Translations under genes and position numbers: made by a program | The notes under the pieces: model-generated | The model's input: only the letters and a program-made list of their open reading frames with translations | Database searches by the model: none | Told to the model about the DNA's origin: nothing | In this document: piece by piece, positions 39,470 to 52,228 of the stretch | Position numbering within the stretch: position 1 is the first letter of the stretch | Layout: every line of letters starts with the position of its first letter | Source of the DNA: the human T2T-CHM13v2.0 reference genome, Homo sapiens | Length of the DNA: 64,000 nt | Direction: 5' to 3' (one strand) | NCBI RefSeq assembly: GCF_009914755.1 | Contig: NC_060933.1

Positions 39470-42400
39470 CATTCTCAGAAACTTCCTTGTGATGTGTGTA
39501 CTCAAGTAACAGAGTTGAACCTTCCTTTTGACAGAGCAGTTTTGAAGCACTCTTTTTGTAGAATCTGCAAGTGGATATTTTGATACCTTTGAGGATTTCG
39601 TTGGACACGGGATATCTTCATATAAAATCTAGACAGAAGCATTCTCAGAAACTTCTTTGTGCTGTATGTCCTCAATTAACAGAGTTGAACCTTTGTGTGG
39701 ATACAGCATTTTGGAAACATTCCTTTAGTAGAATCTGCAAGTTGATATTTAGATAGCTAGGAAGATTTCCTTGGAAACGGGAATATCTTCATATAAAATC
39801 TAGACGGAAGCATTCTCAGAAAGTGCTTTGTGATGTTTGCATTCAAGTCACAGAGTTGAATATTCCCTTTTATAGAGCAGGTTTGAAACACTCTTTCTGC
39901 ACTACCTGGAAGTGGACATTTGGAGCGCTTTGAGGCCTATGTTGAAAAAGGAAATATCTTCCCATAAAAACTAGACAGAAGCATTCTCAGAAACTTGTTT
40001 GTGATGTGTGTATTCAACTAACAGAGATGAACCTTTCTTTTTACAGAGCAGTTTTGAAACACTCTTTTTGTGGAATCTGAAAGTGGATATTTGGATAGCT
40101 TTGAGGATTTCGTTGGAAACGGGATTACATATAAAACCTAGAGAGAAGCATTCTCAGGAACTTCTTTGTGATGTTTGCATTCAAGTCACAGAACTGAACA
40201 TTCCCTTTCATAGAGCAGGTTTGAAACACTCTTTCTGTAGTATCTGCAAGCTGACGTTTCAAGCGCTTTCAGGCCTATGGTGAGAAAGGAAATATCTTCA
40301 AGTAAAAACTAGACAGAAGCATTCTCAGAAACTTATTTGCCATGTGTGTTCTCAACTAACAGAGTTGAACCTTTGTTTTGATACGGCATTTTGGAAACAC
40401 TCTTTTTGTAGAATCTGCAGGTGGATATTCGGATAGCTTTGAAGGTTTCGTTGGAAACGGGAATATCTTCATATAAAATCTAGACGGAAGCATTCTCAGA
40501 AACTGCTTTGTGATGTTTTCATTCAAGTCACAGAGTAGAATGTTCCCTGTTATATACCAGGTTTGAGACACTCTTTCTGCACTACCTGGAAGTGGACGTT
40601 TGGAGCGTTTTGAGGCCTATGTTGAAAAAGGAAATATCTTCCCATAAAAACTAGACAGAAGCATTCTCAGAAACTTGTTTTTGATGTGTGTATTCAACTA
40701 ACAGAGATGAACCTTTCTTTTTACAGAGCAGTTTTGAAACACTCTTTTTGTGGAATCTGAAAGTGGATATTTGGATAGCTTTGAGGATTTCGTTGGAAAC
40801 GGGATTACATATAAAACCTAGAGAGAAGCATTCTCAGGAACTGCTTTGTGATGTTTGCATTCAAGTCACAGAACTGAACATTCCCTTTCATAGAGCAGGT
40901 TTGAAACACTCTTTCTGTAGTATCTGCAAGGTGACGTTTCAAGCGCTTTCAGGCCTATGGTGAGAAAGGAAATATCTTCAAGTAAAAACTAGACAGAAGC
41001 ATTCTCAGAAACTTATTTGCGATGTGTGTTCTCAACTAACAGAGTTGAACCTTTGTTTTGATATGGCATTTTGGAAACACTCTTTTTGTAGAATCTGCAG
41101 GTGGATATTCGGATAGCTTTGAAGGTTTCGTTGGAAACGGGAATATCTTCATATAAAATCTAGACGGAAGCATTCTCAGAAACTGCTTTGTGATGTTTTC
41201 ATTCAAGTCACAGAGTAGAATGTTCCCTGTTATATACCAGGTTTGAGACACTCTTTCTGCACTACCTGGAAGTGGACATTTGCAGCGCTTTGAGGCCTAT
41301 GATGAAAAAGGAAATATCTTCCCATAAAAACTAGACAGAAGCATTCTCAGAAACTTGTTTGTGATGTGTGTATTCAACTAACAGAGATGAACCTTTCTTT
41401 TTACAGAGCAGTTTTGAAACACTCTTTTTGTGGAATCTGAAAGTGGATATTTGGATAGCTTTGAGGATTTCGTTGGAAACGGGATTACATATAAAATCTA
41501 GAGAGAAGCATTCTCAGGAACTTCTTTGTGATGTTTGCATTCACGTCACAGAACTGAACATTCCCTTTCATAGAGCATGTTTGAAACACTCTTTCTGTAG
41601 TATCTGCAAACGGACATTTCAAACGCTTTCAGGCCTATGGTGAGAAAGGAAATATCTTCAAATAAAAACTAGACAGAAGCATTCTCAGAAACTTATTTGC
41701 GATGTGTGTCCTCAACTAACAGAGTTGAACCTTTCTTTTGATACAACATTTTGGAAACACTCTTTTTGTAGAATCTGCAAGTGGATATTTGAATAGCTTT
41801 GAAGGTTTCGTTGGAAACGGGAATATCTTCATATAAAATCAAGACAGAAGCATTCTCAGAAACTTCTCTGTGATGTTTGCATTCAACTCATAGAGTTGAA
41901 CACTTCCCTTCATACAGCAGGATTGAAACACTCTTTTTGTAATATTTGGAAGTGGACATTTTCAGCGCTTTGAGGCCTATGATGAAAAAGGTAATATCTT
42001 CCCATAAAAACTAGACAGAAGCATTCTCAGAAACTTGTTTGTGATGTGTGTATTCAACTAACAGAGATGAACCTTTCTTTTTACAGAGCAGTTTTGAAAC
42101 ACTCTTTTTGTGGAATCTGAAAGTGGATATTTGGATAGCTTTGCGGATTTCGTTGGAAACGGGATTACATATAAAATCTAGGGAGAAGCATTCTCAGGAA
42201 CTTCTTTGTGATGTTTGCATTCAAGTCACAGAACTGAACATTCCCTTTCATAGAGCATGTTTGAAACACTCTTTCTGTAGTATCTGCAAGCGGACGTTTT
42301 AAGCGCTTTCAGGCCTGTGGTGAGAAAGGAAATATCTTCAAATAAAAACTAGACAGAAGCATTCTCAGAAACTTATTTGCGATGTGTGTCCTCAACTAAC

Positions 42401-42701
42401 AGAGTTGAACCTTTCTTTTGATACAACATTTTGGAAACACTCTTTTTGTAGAATCTGCAAGTGGATATTTGGATAGCTTTGAAGGTTTCGTTGGAAACGG
42501 GAATATCTTCATATGAAATCAAGACAGAAGCATTCTCAGAAACTTCTCTGTGATGTTTGCATTCAACTCATAGAGTTGAACACTTCCCTTCATACAGCAG
42601 GTTTGAAACACTCTTTTTCTAATATTTGGAAGTGGACATTTGCAGCGCTTTGAGGCCTATGTTGAAAAAGGAAATATCTTCTCCTAAAAACCAGACAGAA
42701 G
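39470..42701 (+). repeat. HOR U16, 19-mer (copy of U14), 3232 bp
   Basis: Shares GAGCGTTTTGAG and GCAAGGTGAC with U14. Confidence 0.93.
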
Positions 42702-44573
42702 CATTCTCAGAAACTTCCTTGTGATGTGTGTACTCAAGTAACAGAGTTGAACCTTCCTTTTGACAGAGCAGTTTTGAAGCACTCTTTTTGTAGAATCTGC
42801 AAGTGGATATTTTGATACCTTTGAGGATTTCGTTGGACACGGGATATCTTCATATAAAATCTAGACAGAAGCATTCTCAGAAACTTCTTTGTGCTGTATG
42901 TCCTCAATTAACAGAGTTGAACCTTTGTGTGGATACAGCATTTTGGAAACATTCCTTTAGTAGAATCTGCAAGTTGATATTTAGATAGCTAGGAAGATTT
43001 CCTTGGAAACGGGAATATCTTCATATAAAATCTAGACGGAAGCATTCTCAGAAAGTGCTTTGTGATGTTTGCATTCAAGTCACAGAGTTGAATATTCCCT
43101 TTTATAGAGCAGGTTTGAAACACTCTTTCTGCACTACCTGGAAGTGGACATTTGGAGCGCTTTGAGGCCTATGTTGAAAAAGGAAATATCTTCCCATAAA
43201 AACTAGACAGAAGCATTCTCAGAAACTTGTTTGTGATGTGTGTATTCAACTAACAGAGATGAACCTTTCTTTTTACAGAGCAGTTTTGAAACACTCTTTT
43301 TGTGGAATCTGAAAGTGGATATTTGGATAGCTTTGAGGATTTCGTTGGAAACGGGATTACATATAAAACCTAGAGAGAAGCATTCTCAGGAACTTCTTTG
43401 TGATGTTTGCATTCAAGGCACAGAACTGAACATTCCCTTTCATAGAGCAGGTTTGAAACACTCTTTCTGTAGTATCTGCAAGCTGACGTTTCAAGCGCTT
43501 TCAAGGCTATGGTGAGAAAGGAAATATCTTCAAGTAAAAACTAGACAGAAGCATTCTCAGAAACTTATTTGCCATGTGTGTTCTCAACTAACAGAGTTGA
43601 ACCTTTGTTTTGATACGGCATTTTGGAAACACTCTTTTTGTAGAATCTGCAGGTGGATATTCGGATAGCTTTGAAGGTTTCGTTGGAAACGGGAATATCT
43701 TCATATAAAATCTAGACGGAAGCATTCTCAGAAACTGCTTTGTGATGTTTTCATTCAAGTCACAGAGTAGAATGTTCCCTGTTATATACCAGGTTTGAGA
43801 CACTCTTTCTGCACTACCTGGAAGTGGACATTTGCAGCGCTTTGAGGCCTATGATGAAAAAGGAAATATCTTCCCATAAAAACTAGACAGAAGCATTCTC
43901 AGAAACTTGTTTGTGATGTGTGTATTCAACTAACAGAGATGAACCTTTCTTTTTACAGAGCAGTTTTGAAACACTCTTTTTGTGGAATCTGAAAGTGGAT
44001 ATTTGGATAGCTTTGAGGATTTCGTTGGAAACGGGATTACATATAAAATCTAGAGAGAAGCATTCTCAGGAACTTCTTTGTGATGTTTGCATTCACGTCA
44101 CAGAACTGAACATTCCCTTTCATAGAGCATGTTTGAAACACTCTTTCTGTAGTATCTGCAAACGGACATTTCAAACGCTTTCAGGCCTATGGTGAGAAAG
44201 GAAATATCTTCAAATAAAAACTAGACAGAAGCATTCTCAGAAACTTATTTGCGATGTGTGTCCTCAACTAACAGAGTTGAACCTTTCTTTTGATACAACA
44301 TTTTGGAAACACTCTTTTTGTAGAATCTGCAAGTGGATATTTGAATAGCTTTGAAGGTTTCGTTGGAAACGGGAATATCTTCATATAAAATCAAGACAGA
44401 AGCATTCTCAGAAACTTCTCTGTGATGTTTGCATTCAACTCATAGAGTTGAACACTTCCCTTCATACAGCAGGTTTGAAACACTCTTTTTCTAATATTTG
44501 GAAGTGGACATTTGCAGCGCTTTGAGGCCTATGTTGAAAAAGGAAATATCTTCTCCTAAAAACCAGACAGAAG
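42702..44573 (+). repeat. HOR U17, 11-mer (XYZ-T1/T2-T3/T4), 1872 bp
   Basis: Copy of U15 with a further tetramer removed. Confidence 0.92.
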
Positions 44574-47500
44574 CATTCTCAGAAACTTCCTTGTGATGTG
44601 TGTACTCAAGTAACAGAGTTGAACCTTCCTTTTGACAGAGCAGTTTTGAAGCACTCTTTTTGTAGAATCTGCAAGTGGATATTTTGATACCTTTGAGGAT
44701 TTCGTTGGACACGGGATATCTTCATATAAAATCTAGACAGAAGCATTCTCAGAAACTTCTTTGTGCTGTATGTCCTCAATTAACAGAGTTGAACCTTTGT
44801 GTGGATACAGCATTTTGGAAACATTCCTTTAGTAGAATCTGCAAGTTGATATTTAGATAGCTAGGAAGATTTCCTTGGAAACGGGAATATCTTCATATAA
44901 AATCTACACGGAAGCATTCTCAGAAAGTGCTTTGTGATGTTTGCATTCAAGTCACAGAGTTGAATATTCCGTTTTATAGAGCAGGTTTGAAACACTCTTT
45001 CTGCACTACCTGGAAGTGGACATTTGGAGTGCTTTGAGGCCTATGTTGAAAAAGTAAATATCTTCCCATAAAAACTAGACAGAAGCATTCTCAGAAACTT
45101 GTTTGTGATGTGTGTATTCAACTAACAGAGATGAACCTTTCTTTTTACAGAGCAGTTTTGAAACACTCTTTTTGTGGAATCTGAAAGTGGATATTTGGAT
45201 AGCTTTGAGGATTTCGTTGGAAACGGGATTACATATAAAACCTAGAGAGAAGCATTCTCAGGAACTTCTTTGTGATGTTTGCATTCAAGTCACAGAATTG
45301 AACATTCCCTTTCATAGAGCAGGTTTGAAACACTCTTTCTGTAGTATCTGCAAGCTGACGTTTCAAGCGCTTTCAGGCCTATGGTGAGAAAGGAAATATC
45401 TTCAAGTAAAAACTAGACAGAAGCATTCTCAGAAACTTATTTGCCATGTGTATTCTCAACTAACAGAGTTGAACCTTTGTTTTGATATGGCTTTTTGGAA
45501 ACACTCTTTTTGTAGAATCTGCAGGTGGATATTCGGATAGCTTTGAAGGTTTCGTTGGAAACGGGAATATCTTCATATAAAATCTAGACGGAAGCATTCT
45601 CAGAAACTGCTTTGTGATGTTTTCATTCAAGTCACAGAGTAGAATGTTCCCTGTTATATACCAGGTTTGAGACACTCTTTCTGCACTACCTGGAAGTGGA
45701 CGTTTGGAGCGCTTTGAGGCCTATGTTGAAAAAGGAAATATCTTCCCATAAAAACTAGACAGAAGCATTCTCAGAAACTTGTTTGTGATGTGTGTATTCA
45801 ACTAACAGAGATGAACCTTTCTTTTTACAGAGCAGTTTTGAAACACTCTTTTTGTGGAATCTGAAAGTGGATATTTGGATAGCTTGGAGGATTTCGTTGG
45901 AAACGGGATTACATATAAAACCTAGAGAGAAGCATTCTCAGGAACTTCTTTGTGATGTTTGCATTCAAGTCACAGAACTGAACATTCCCTTTCATAGAGC
46001 AGGTTTGAAACACTCTTTCTGTAGTATCTGCAAGCTGACGTTTCAAGCGCTTTCAGGCCTATGGTGAGAAAGGAAATATCTTCAAGTAAAAACTAGACAG
46101 AAGCATTCTCAGAAACTTATTTGCCATGTGTGTTCTCAACTAACAGAGTTGAACCTTTGTTTTGATATGGCATTTTGGAAACACTCTTTTTGTAGAATCT
46201 GCAGGTGGATATTCGGATAGCTTTGAAGGTTTCGTTGGAAACGGGAATATCTTCATATAAAATCTAGACGGAAGCATTCTCAGAAACTGCTTTGTGATGT
46301 TTTCATTCAAGTCACAGAGTAGAATGTTCCCTGTTATATACCAGGTTTGAGACACTCTTTCTGCACTACCTGGAAGTGGACATTTGCAGCGCTTTGAGGC
46401 CTATGATGAAAAAGGAAATATCTTCCCATAAAAACTAGACAGAAGCATTCTCAGAAACTTGTTTGTGATGTGTGTATTCAACTAACAGAGATGAACCTTT
46501 CTTTTTACAGAGCAGTTTTGAAACACTCTTTTTGTGGAATCTGAAAGTGGATATTTGGATAGCTTTGAGGATTTCGTTGGAAACGGGATTACATATAAAA
46601 TCTAGAGAGAAGCATTCTCAGGAACTTCTTTGTGATGTTTGCATTCACGTCACAGAACTGAACATTCCCTTTCATAGAGCATGTTTGAAACACTCTTTCT
46701 GTAGTATCTGCAAACGGACATTTCAAACGCTTTCAGGCCTATGGTGAGAAAGGAAATATCTTCAAATAAAAACTAGACAGAAGCATTCTCAGAAACTTAT
46801 TTGCGATGTGTGTCCTCAACTAACAGAGTTGAACCTTTCTTTTGATACAACATTTTGGAAACACTCTTTTTGTAGAATCTGCAAGTGGATATTTGAATAG
46901 CTTTGAAGGTTTCGTTGGAAACGGGAATATCTTCATATAAAATCAAGACAGAAGCATTCTCAGAAACTTCTCTGTGATGTTTGCATTCAACTCATAGAGT
47001 TGAACACTTCCCTTCATACAGCAGGATTGAAACACTTTTTTGTAATATTTGGAAGTGGACATTTTCAGCGCTTTGAGGCCTATGATGAAAAAGGAAATAT
47101 CTTTCCATAAAAACTAGACAGAAGCATTCTCAGAAACTTGTTTGTGATGTGTGTATTCAGCTAACAGAGATGAACCTTTCTTTTTACAGAGCAGTTTTGA
47201 AACACTCTTTTTGTGGAATCTGAAAGTGGATATTTGGATAGCTTTGCGGATTTCGTTGGAAACGGGATTACATATAAAATCTAGGGAGAAGCATTCTCAG
47301 GAACTTCTTTGTGATGTTTGCATTCAAGTCACAGAACTGAACATTCCCTTTCATAGAGCATGTTTGAAACACTCTTTCTGTAGTATCTGCAAGCGGACGT
47401 TTTAAGCGTTTTCAGGCCTGTGGTGAGATAGGAAATATCTTCAAATAAAAACTAGACAGAAGCATTCTCAGAAACTTATTTGCGATGTGTGTCCTCAACT

Positions 47501-47804
47501 AACAGAGTTGAACCTTTCTTTTGATACAACATTTTGGAAACACTCTTTTTGTAGAATCTGCAAGTGGATATTTGGATAGCTTTGAAGGTTTCGTTGGAAA
47601 CGGGAATATCTTCATATGAAATCAAGACAGAAGCATTCTCAGAAACTTCTCTGTGATGTTTGCATTCAACTCATAGAGTTGAACACTTCCCTTCATACAG
47701 CAGGTTTGAAACACTCTTTTTCTAATATTTGGAAGTGGACATTTGCAGCGCTTTGAGGCCTATGTTGAAAAAGGAAATATCTTCTCCTAAAAACCAGACA
47801 GAAG
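44574..47804 (+). repeat. HOR U18, 19-mer, 3231 bp
   Basis: Anchor spacing; 1-bp deletion near 47036; many private SNPs. Confidence 0.92.
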
Positions 47805-50356
47805 CATTCTCAGAAACTTCCTTGTGATGTGTGTACTCAAGTAACAGAGTTGAACCTTCCTTTTGACAGAGCAGTTTTGAAGCACTCTTTTTGTAGAATC
47901 TGCAAGTGGATATTTTGATACCTTTGAGGATTTCGTTGGACACGGGATATCTTCATATAAAATCTAGACAGAAGCATTCTCAGAAACTTCTTTGTGCTGT
48001 ATGTCCTCAATTAACAGAGTTGAACCTTTGTGTGGATACAGCATTTTGGAAACATTCCTTTAGTAGAATCTGCAAGTTGATATTTAGATAGCTAGGAAGA
48101 TTTCCTTGGAAACGGGAATATCTTCATATAAAATCTAGACGGAAGCATTCTCAGAAAGTGCTTTGTGATGTTTGCATTCAAGTCACAGAGTTGAATATTC
48201 CCTTTTATAGAGCAGGTTTGAAACACTCTTTCTGCACTACCTGGAAGTGGACATTTGGAGCGCTTTGAGGCCTATGTTGAAAAAGGAAATATCTTCCCAT
48301 AAAAACTAGACAGAAGCATTCTCAGAAACTTGTTTGTGATGTGTGTATTCAACTAACAGAGATGAACCTTTCTTTTTACAGAGCAGTTTTGAAACACTCT
48401 TTTTGTGGAATCTGAAAGTGGATATTTGGATAGCTTTGAGGATTTCGTTGGAAACGGGATTACATATAAAACCTAGAGAGAAGCATTCTCAGGAACTTCT
48501 TTGTGATGTTTGCATTCAAGTCACAGAACTGAACATTCCCTTTCATAGAGCAGGTTTGAAACACTCTTTCTGTAGTATCTGCAAGGTGACGTTTCAAGCG
48601 CTTTCAGGCCTATGGTGAGAAAGGATATATCTTCAAGTAAAAACTAGAGAGAAGCATTCTCAGAAACTTATTTGCGATGTGTGTTCTCAACTAACAGAGT
48701 TGAACCTTTGTTTTGATATGGCATTTTGGATACACTCTTTTTGTAGAATCTGCAGGTGGATATTCGGATAGCTTTGAAGGTTTCGTTGGAAACGGGAATA
48801 TCTTCATATAAAATCTAGACGGAAGCATTCTCAGAAACTGCTTTGTGATGTTTTCATTCAAGTCACAGAGTAGAATGTTCCCTGTTATATACCAGGTTTG
48901 AGACACTCTTTCTGCACTACCTGGAAGTGGACATTTGCAGCGCTTTGAGGCCTATGATGAAAAAGGAAATATCTTCCCATAAAAACTAGACAGAAGCATT
49001 CTCAGAAACTTGTTTGTGATGTGTGTATTCAACTAACAGAGATGAACCTTTCTTTTTACAGAGCAGTTTTGAAACACTCTTTTTGTGGAATCTGAAAGTG
49101 GATATTTGGATAGCTTTGAGGATTTCGTTGGAAACGGGATTACATATAAAATCTAGAGAGAAGCATTCTCAGGAACTTCTTTGTGATGTTTGCATTCACG
49201 TCACAGAACTGAACATTCCCTTTCATAGAGCATGTTTGAAACACTCTTTCTGTAGTATCTGCAAACGGACATTTCAAACGCTTTCAGGCCTATGGTGAGA
49301 AAGGAAATATCTTCAAATACAAACTAGACAGAAGCATTCTCAGCAACTTATTTGCGATGTGTGTCCTCAACTAACAGAGTTGAACCTTTCTTTTGATACA
49401 ACATTTTGGAAACACTCTTTTTGTAGAATCTGCAAGTGGATATTTGAATAGCTTTGAAGGTTTCGTTGGAAACGGGAATATCTTCATATAAAATCAAGAC
49501 AGAAGCATTCTCAGAAACTTCTCTGTGATGTTTGCATTCACCTCATAGAGTTGAACACTTCCCTTCATAAAGCAGGATTGAAACACTCTTTTTGTAATAT
49601 TTGGAAGTGGACATTTTCAGCGCTTTGAGGCCTATGATGAAAAAGGTAATATCTTCCCATAAAAACTAGACAGAAGCATTCTCAGAAACTTGTTTGTGAT
49701 GTGTGTATTCAACTAACAGAGATGAACCTTTCTTTTTACAGAGCAGTTTTGAAACACTCTTTTTGTGGAATCTGAAAGTGGATATTTGGATAGCTTTGCG
49801 GATTTCGTTGGAAACGGGGTTACATATAAAATCTAGGGAGAAGCATTCTCAGGAACTTCTTTGTGATGTTTGCATTCAAGTCACAGAACTGAACATTCCC
49901 TTTCATAGAGCATGTTTGAAACACTCTTTCTGTAGTATCTGCAAGCGGACGTTTTAAGCGCTTTCAGGCCTGTGGTGAGAAAGGAAATATCTTCAAATAA
50001 AAACTAGACAGAAGCATTCTCAGAAACTTATTTGCGATGTGTGTCCTCAACTAACAGAGTTGAACCTTTCTTTTGATACAACATTTTGGAAACACTCTTT
50101 TTGTAGAATCTGCAAGTGGATATTTGGATAGCTTTGAAGGTTTCGTTGGAAACGGGAATATCTTCATATGAAATCAAGACAGAAGCATTCTCAGAAACTT
50201 CTCTGTGATGTCTGCATTCAACTCATAGAGTTGAACACTTCCCTTCATACAGCAGGTTTGAAACACTCTTTTTCTAATATTTGGAAGTGGACATTTGCAG
50301 CGCTTTGAGGCCTATGTTGAAAAAGGAAATATCTTCTCCTAAAAACCAGACAGAAG
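47805..50356 (+). repeat. HOR U19, 15-mer (XYZ-T2-T3-T4), 2552 bp
   Basis: The first tetramer has T2 markers GCGATG, GATATGG and GACATTTGCAG. Confidence 0.92.
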
Positions 50357-52228
50357 CATTCTCAGAAACTTCCTTGTGATGTGTGTACTCAAGTAACAGC
50401 GTTGAACCTTCCTTTTGACAGAGCAGTTTTGAAGCACTCTTTTTGTAGAATCTGCAAGTGGATATTTTGATACCTTTGAGGATTTCGTTGGACACGGGAT
50501 ATCTTCATATAAAATCTAGACAGAAGCATTCTCAGAAACTTCTTTGTGCTGTATGTCCTCAATTAACAGAGTTGAACCTTTGTGTGGATACAGCATTTTG
50601 GAAACATTCCTTTAGTAGAATCTGCAAGTTGATATTTAGATAGCTAGGAAGATTTCCTTGGAAACGGGAATATCTTCATATAAAATCTAGACGGAAGCAT
50701 TCTCAGAAAGTGCTTTGTGATGTTTGCATTCAAGTCACAGAGTTGAATATTCCCTTTTATAGAGCAGGTTTGAAACACTCTTTCTGCACTACCTGGAAGT
50801 GGACATTTGGAGCGCTTTGAGGCCTATGTTGAAAAAGGAAATATCTTCCCATAAAAACTAGACAGAAGCATTCTCAGAAACTTGTTTGTGATGTGTGTAT
50901 TCAACTAACAGAGATGAACCTTTCTTTTTACAGAGCAGTTTTGAAACACTCTTTTTGTGGAATCTGAAAGTGGATATTTGGATAGCTTTGAGGATTTCGT
51001 TGGAAACGGGATTACATATAAAACCTAGAGAGAAGCATTCTCAGGAACTTCTTTGTGATGTTTGCATTCAAGTCACAGAACTGAACATTCCCTTTCATAG
51101 AGCAGGTTTGAAACACTCTTTCTGTAGTATCTGCAAGCTGACGTTTCAAGCGCTTTCAGGCCTATGGTGAGAAAGGAAATATCTTCAAGTAAAAACTAGA
51201 CAGAAGCATTCTCAGAAACTTATTTGCGATGTGTGTTCTCAACTAACAGAGTTGAACCTTTGTTTTGATATGGCATTTTGGAAACACTCTTTTTGTAGAA
51301 TCTGCAGGTGGATATTCGGATAGCTTTGAAGGTTTCGTTGGAAACGGGAATATCTTCATATAAAATCTAGACGGAAGCATTCTCAGAAACTGCTTTGTGA
51401 TGTTTTCATTCAAGTCACAGAGTAGAATGTTCCCTGTTATATACCAGGTTTGAGACACTCTTTCTGCACTACCTGGAAGTGGACATTTGCAGCGCTTTGA
51501 GGCCTATGATGAAAAAGGAAATATCTTCCCATAAAAACTAGACAGAAGCATTCTCAGAAACTTGTTTGTGATGTTTGTATTCAACTAACAGAGATGAACC
51601 TTTCTTTTTACAGAGCAGTTTTGAAACACTCTTTTTGTGGAATCTGAAAGTGGATATTTGGATAGCTTTGAGGATTTCGTTGGAAACGGGATTACATATA
51701 AAATCTAGAGAGAAGCATTCTCAGGAACTTCTTTGTGATGTTTGCATTCACGTCACAGAACTGAACATTCCCTTTCATAGAGCATGTTTGAAACACTCTT
51801 TCTGTAGTATCTGCAAACGGACATTTCAAACGCTTTCAGGCCTATGGTGAGAAAGGAAATATCTTCAAATAAAAACTAGACAGAAGCATTCTCAGAAACT
51901 TATTTGCGATGTGTGTCCTCAACTAACAGAGTTGAACCTTTCTTTTGATACAACATTTTGGAAACACTCTTTTTGTAGAATCTGCAAGTGGATATTTGAA
52001 TAGCTTTGAAGGTTTCGTTGGAAACGGGAATATCTTCATATAAAATCAAGACAGAAGCATTCTCAGAAACTTCTCTGTGATGTTTGCATTCAACTCATAG
52101 AGTTGAACACTTCCCTTCATACAGCAGGTTTGAAACACTCTTTTTCTAATATTTGGAAGTGGACATTTGCAGCGCTTTGAGGCCTATGTTGAAAAAGGAA
52201 ATATCTTCTCCTAAAAACCAGACAGAAG
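50357..52228 (+). repeat. HOR U20, 11-mer (XYZ-T2-T3/T4), 1872 bp
   Basis: Anchor spacing and tetramer markers. Confidence 0.92.
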
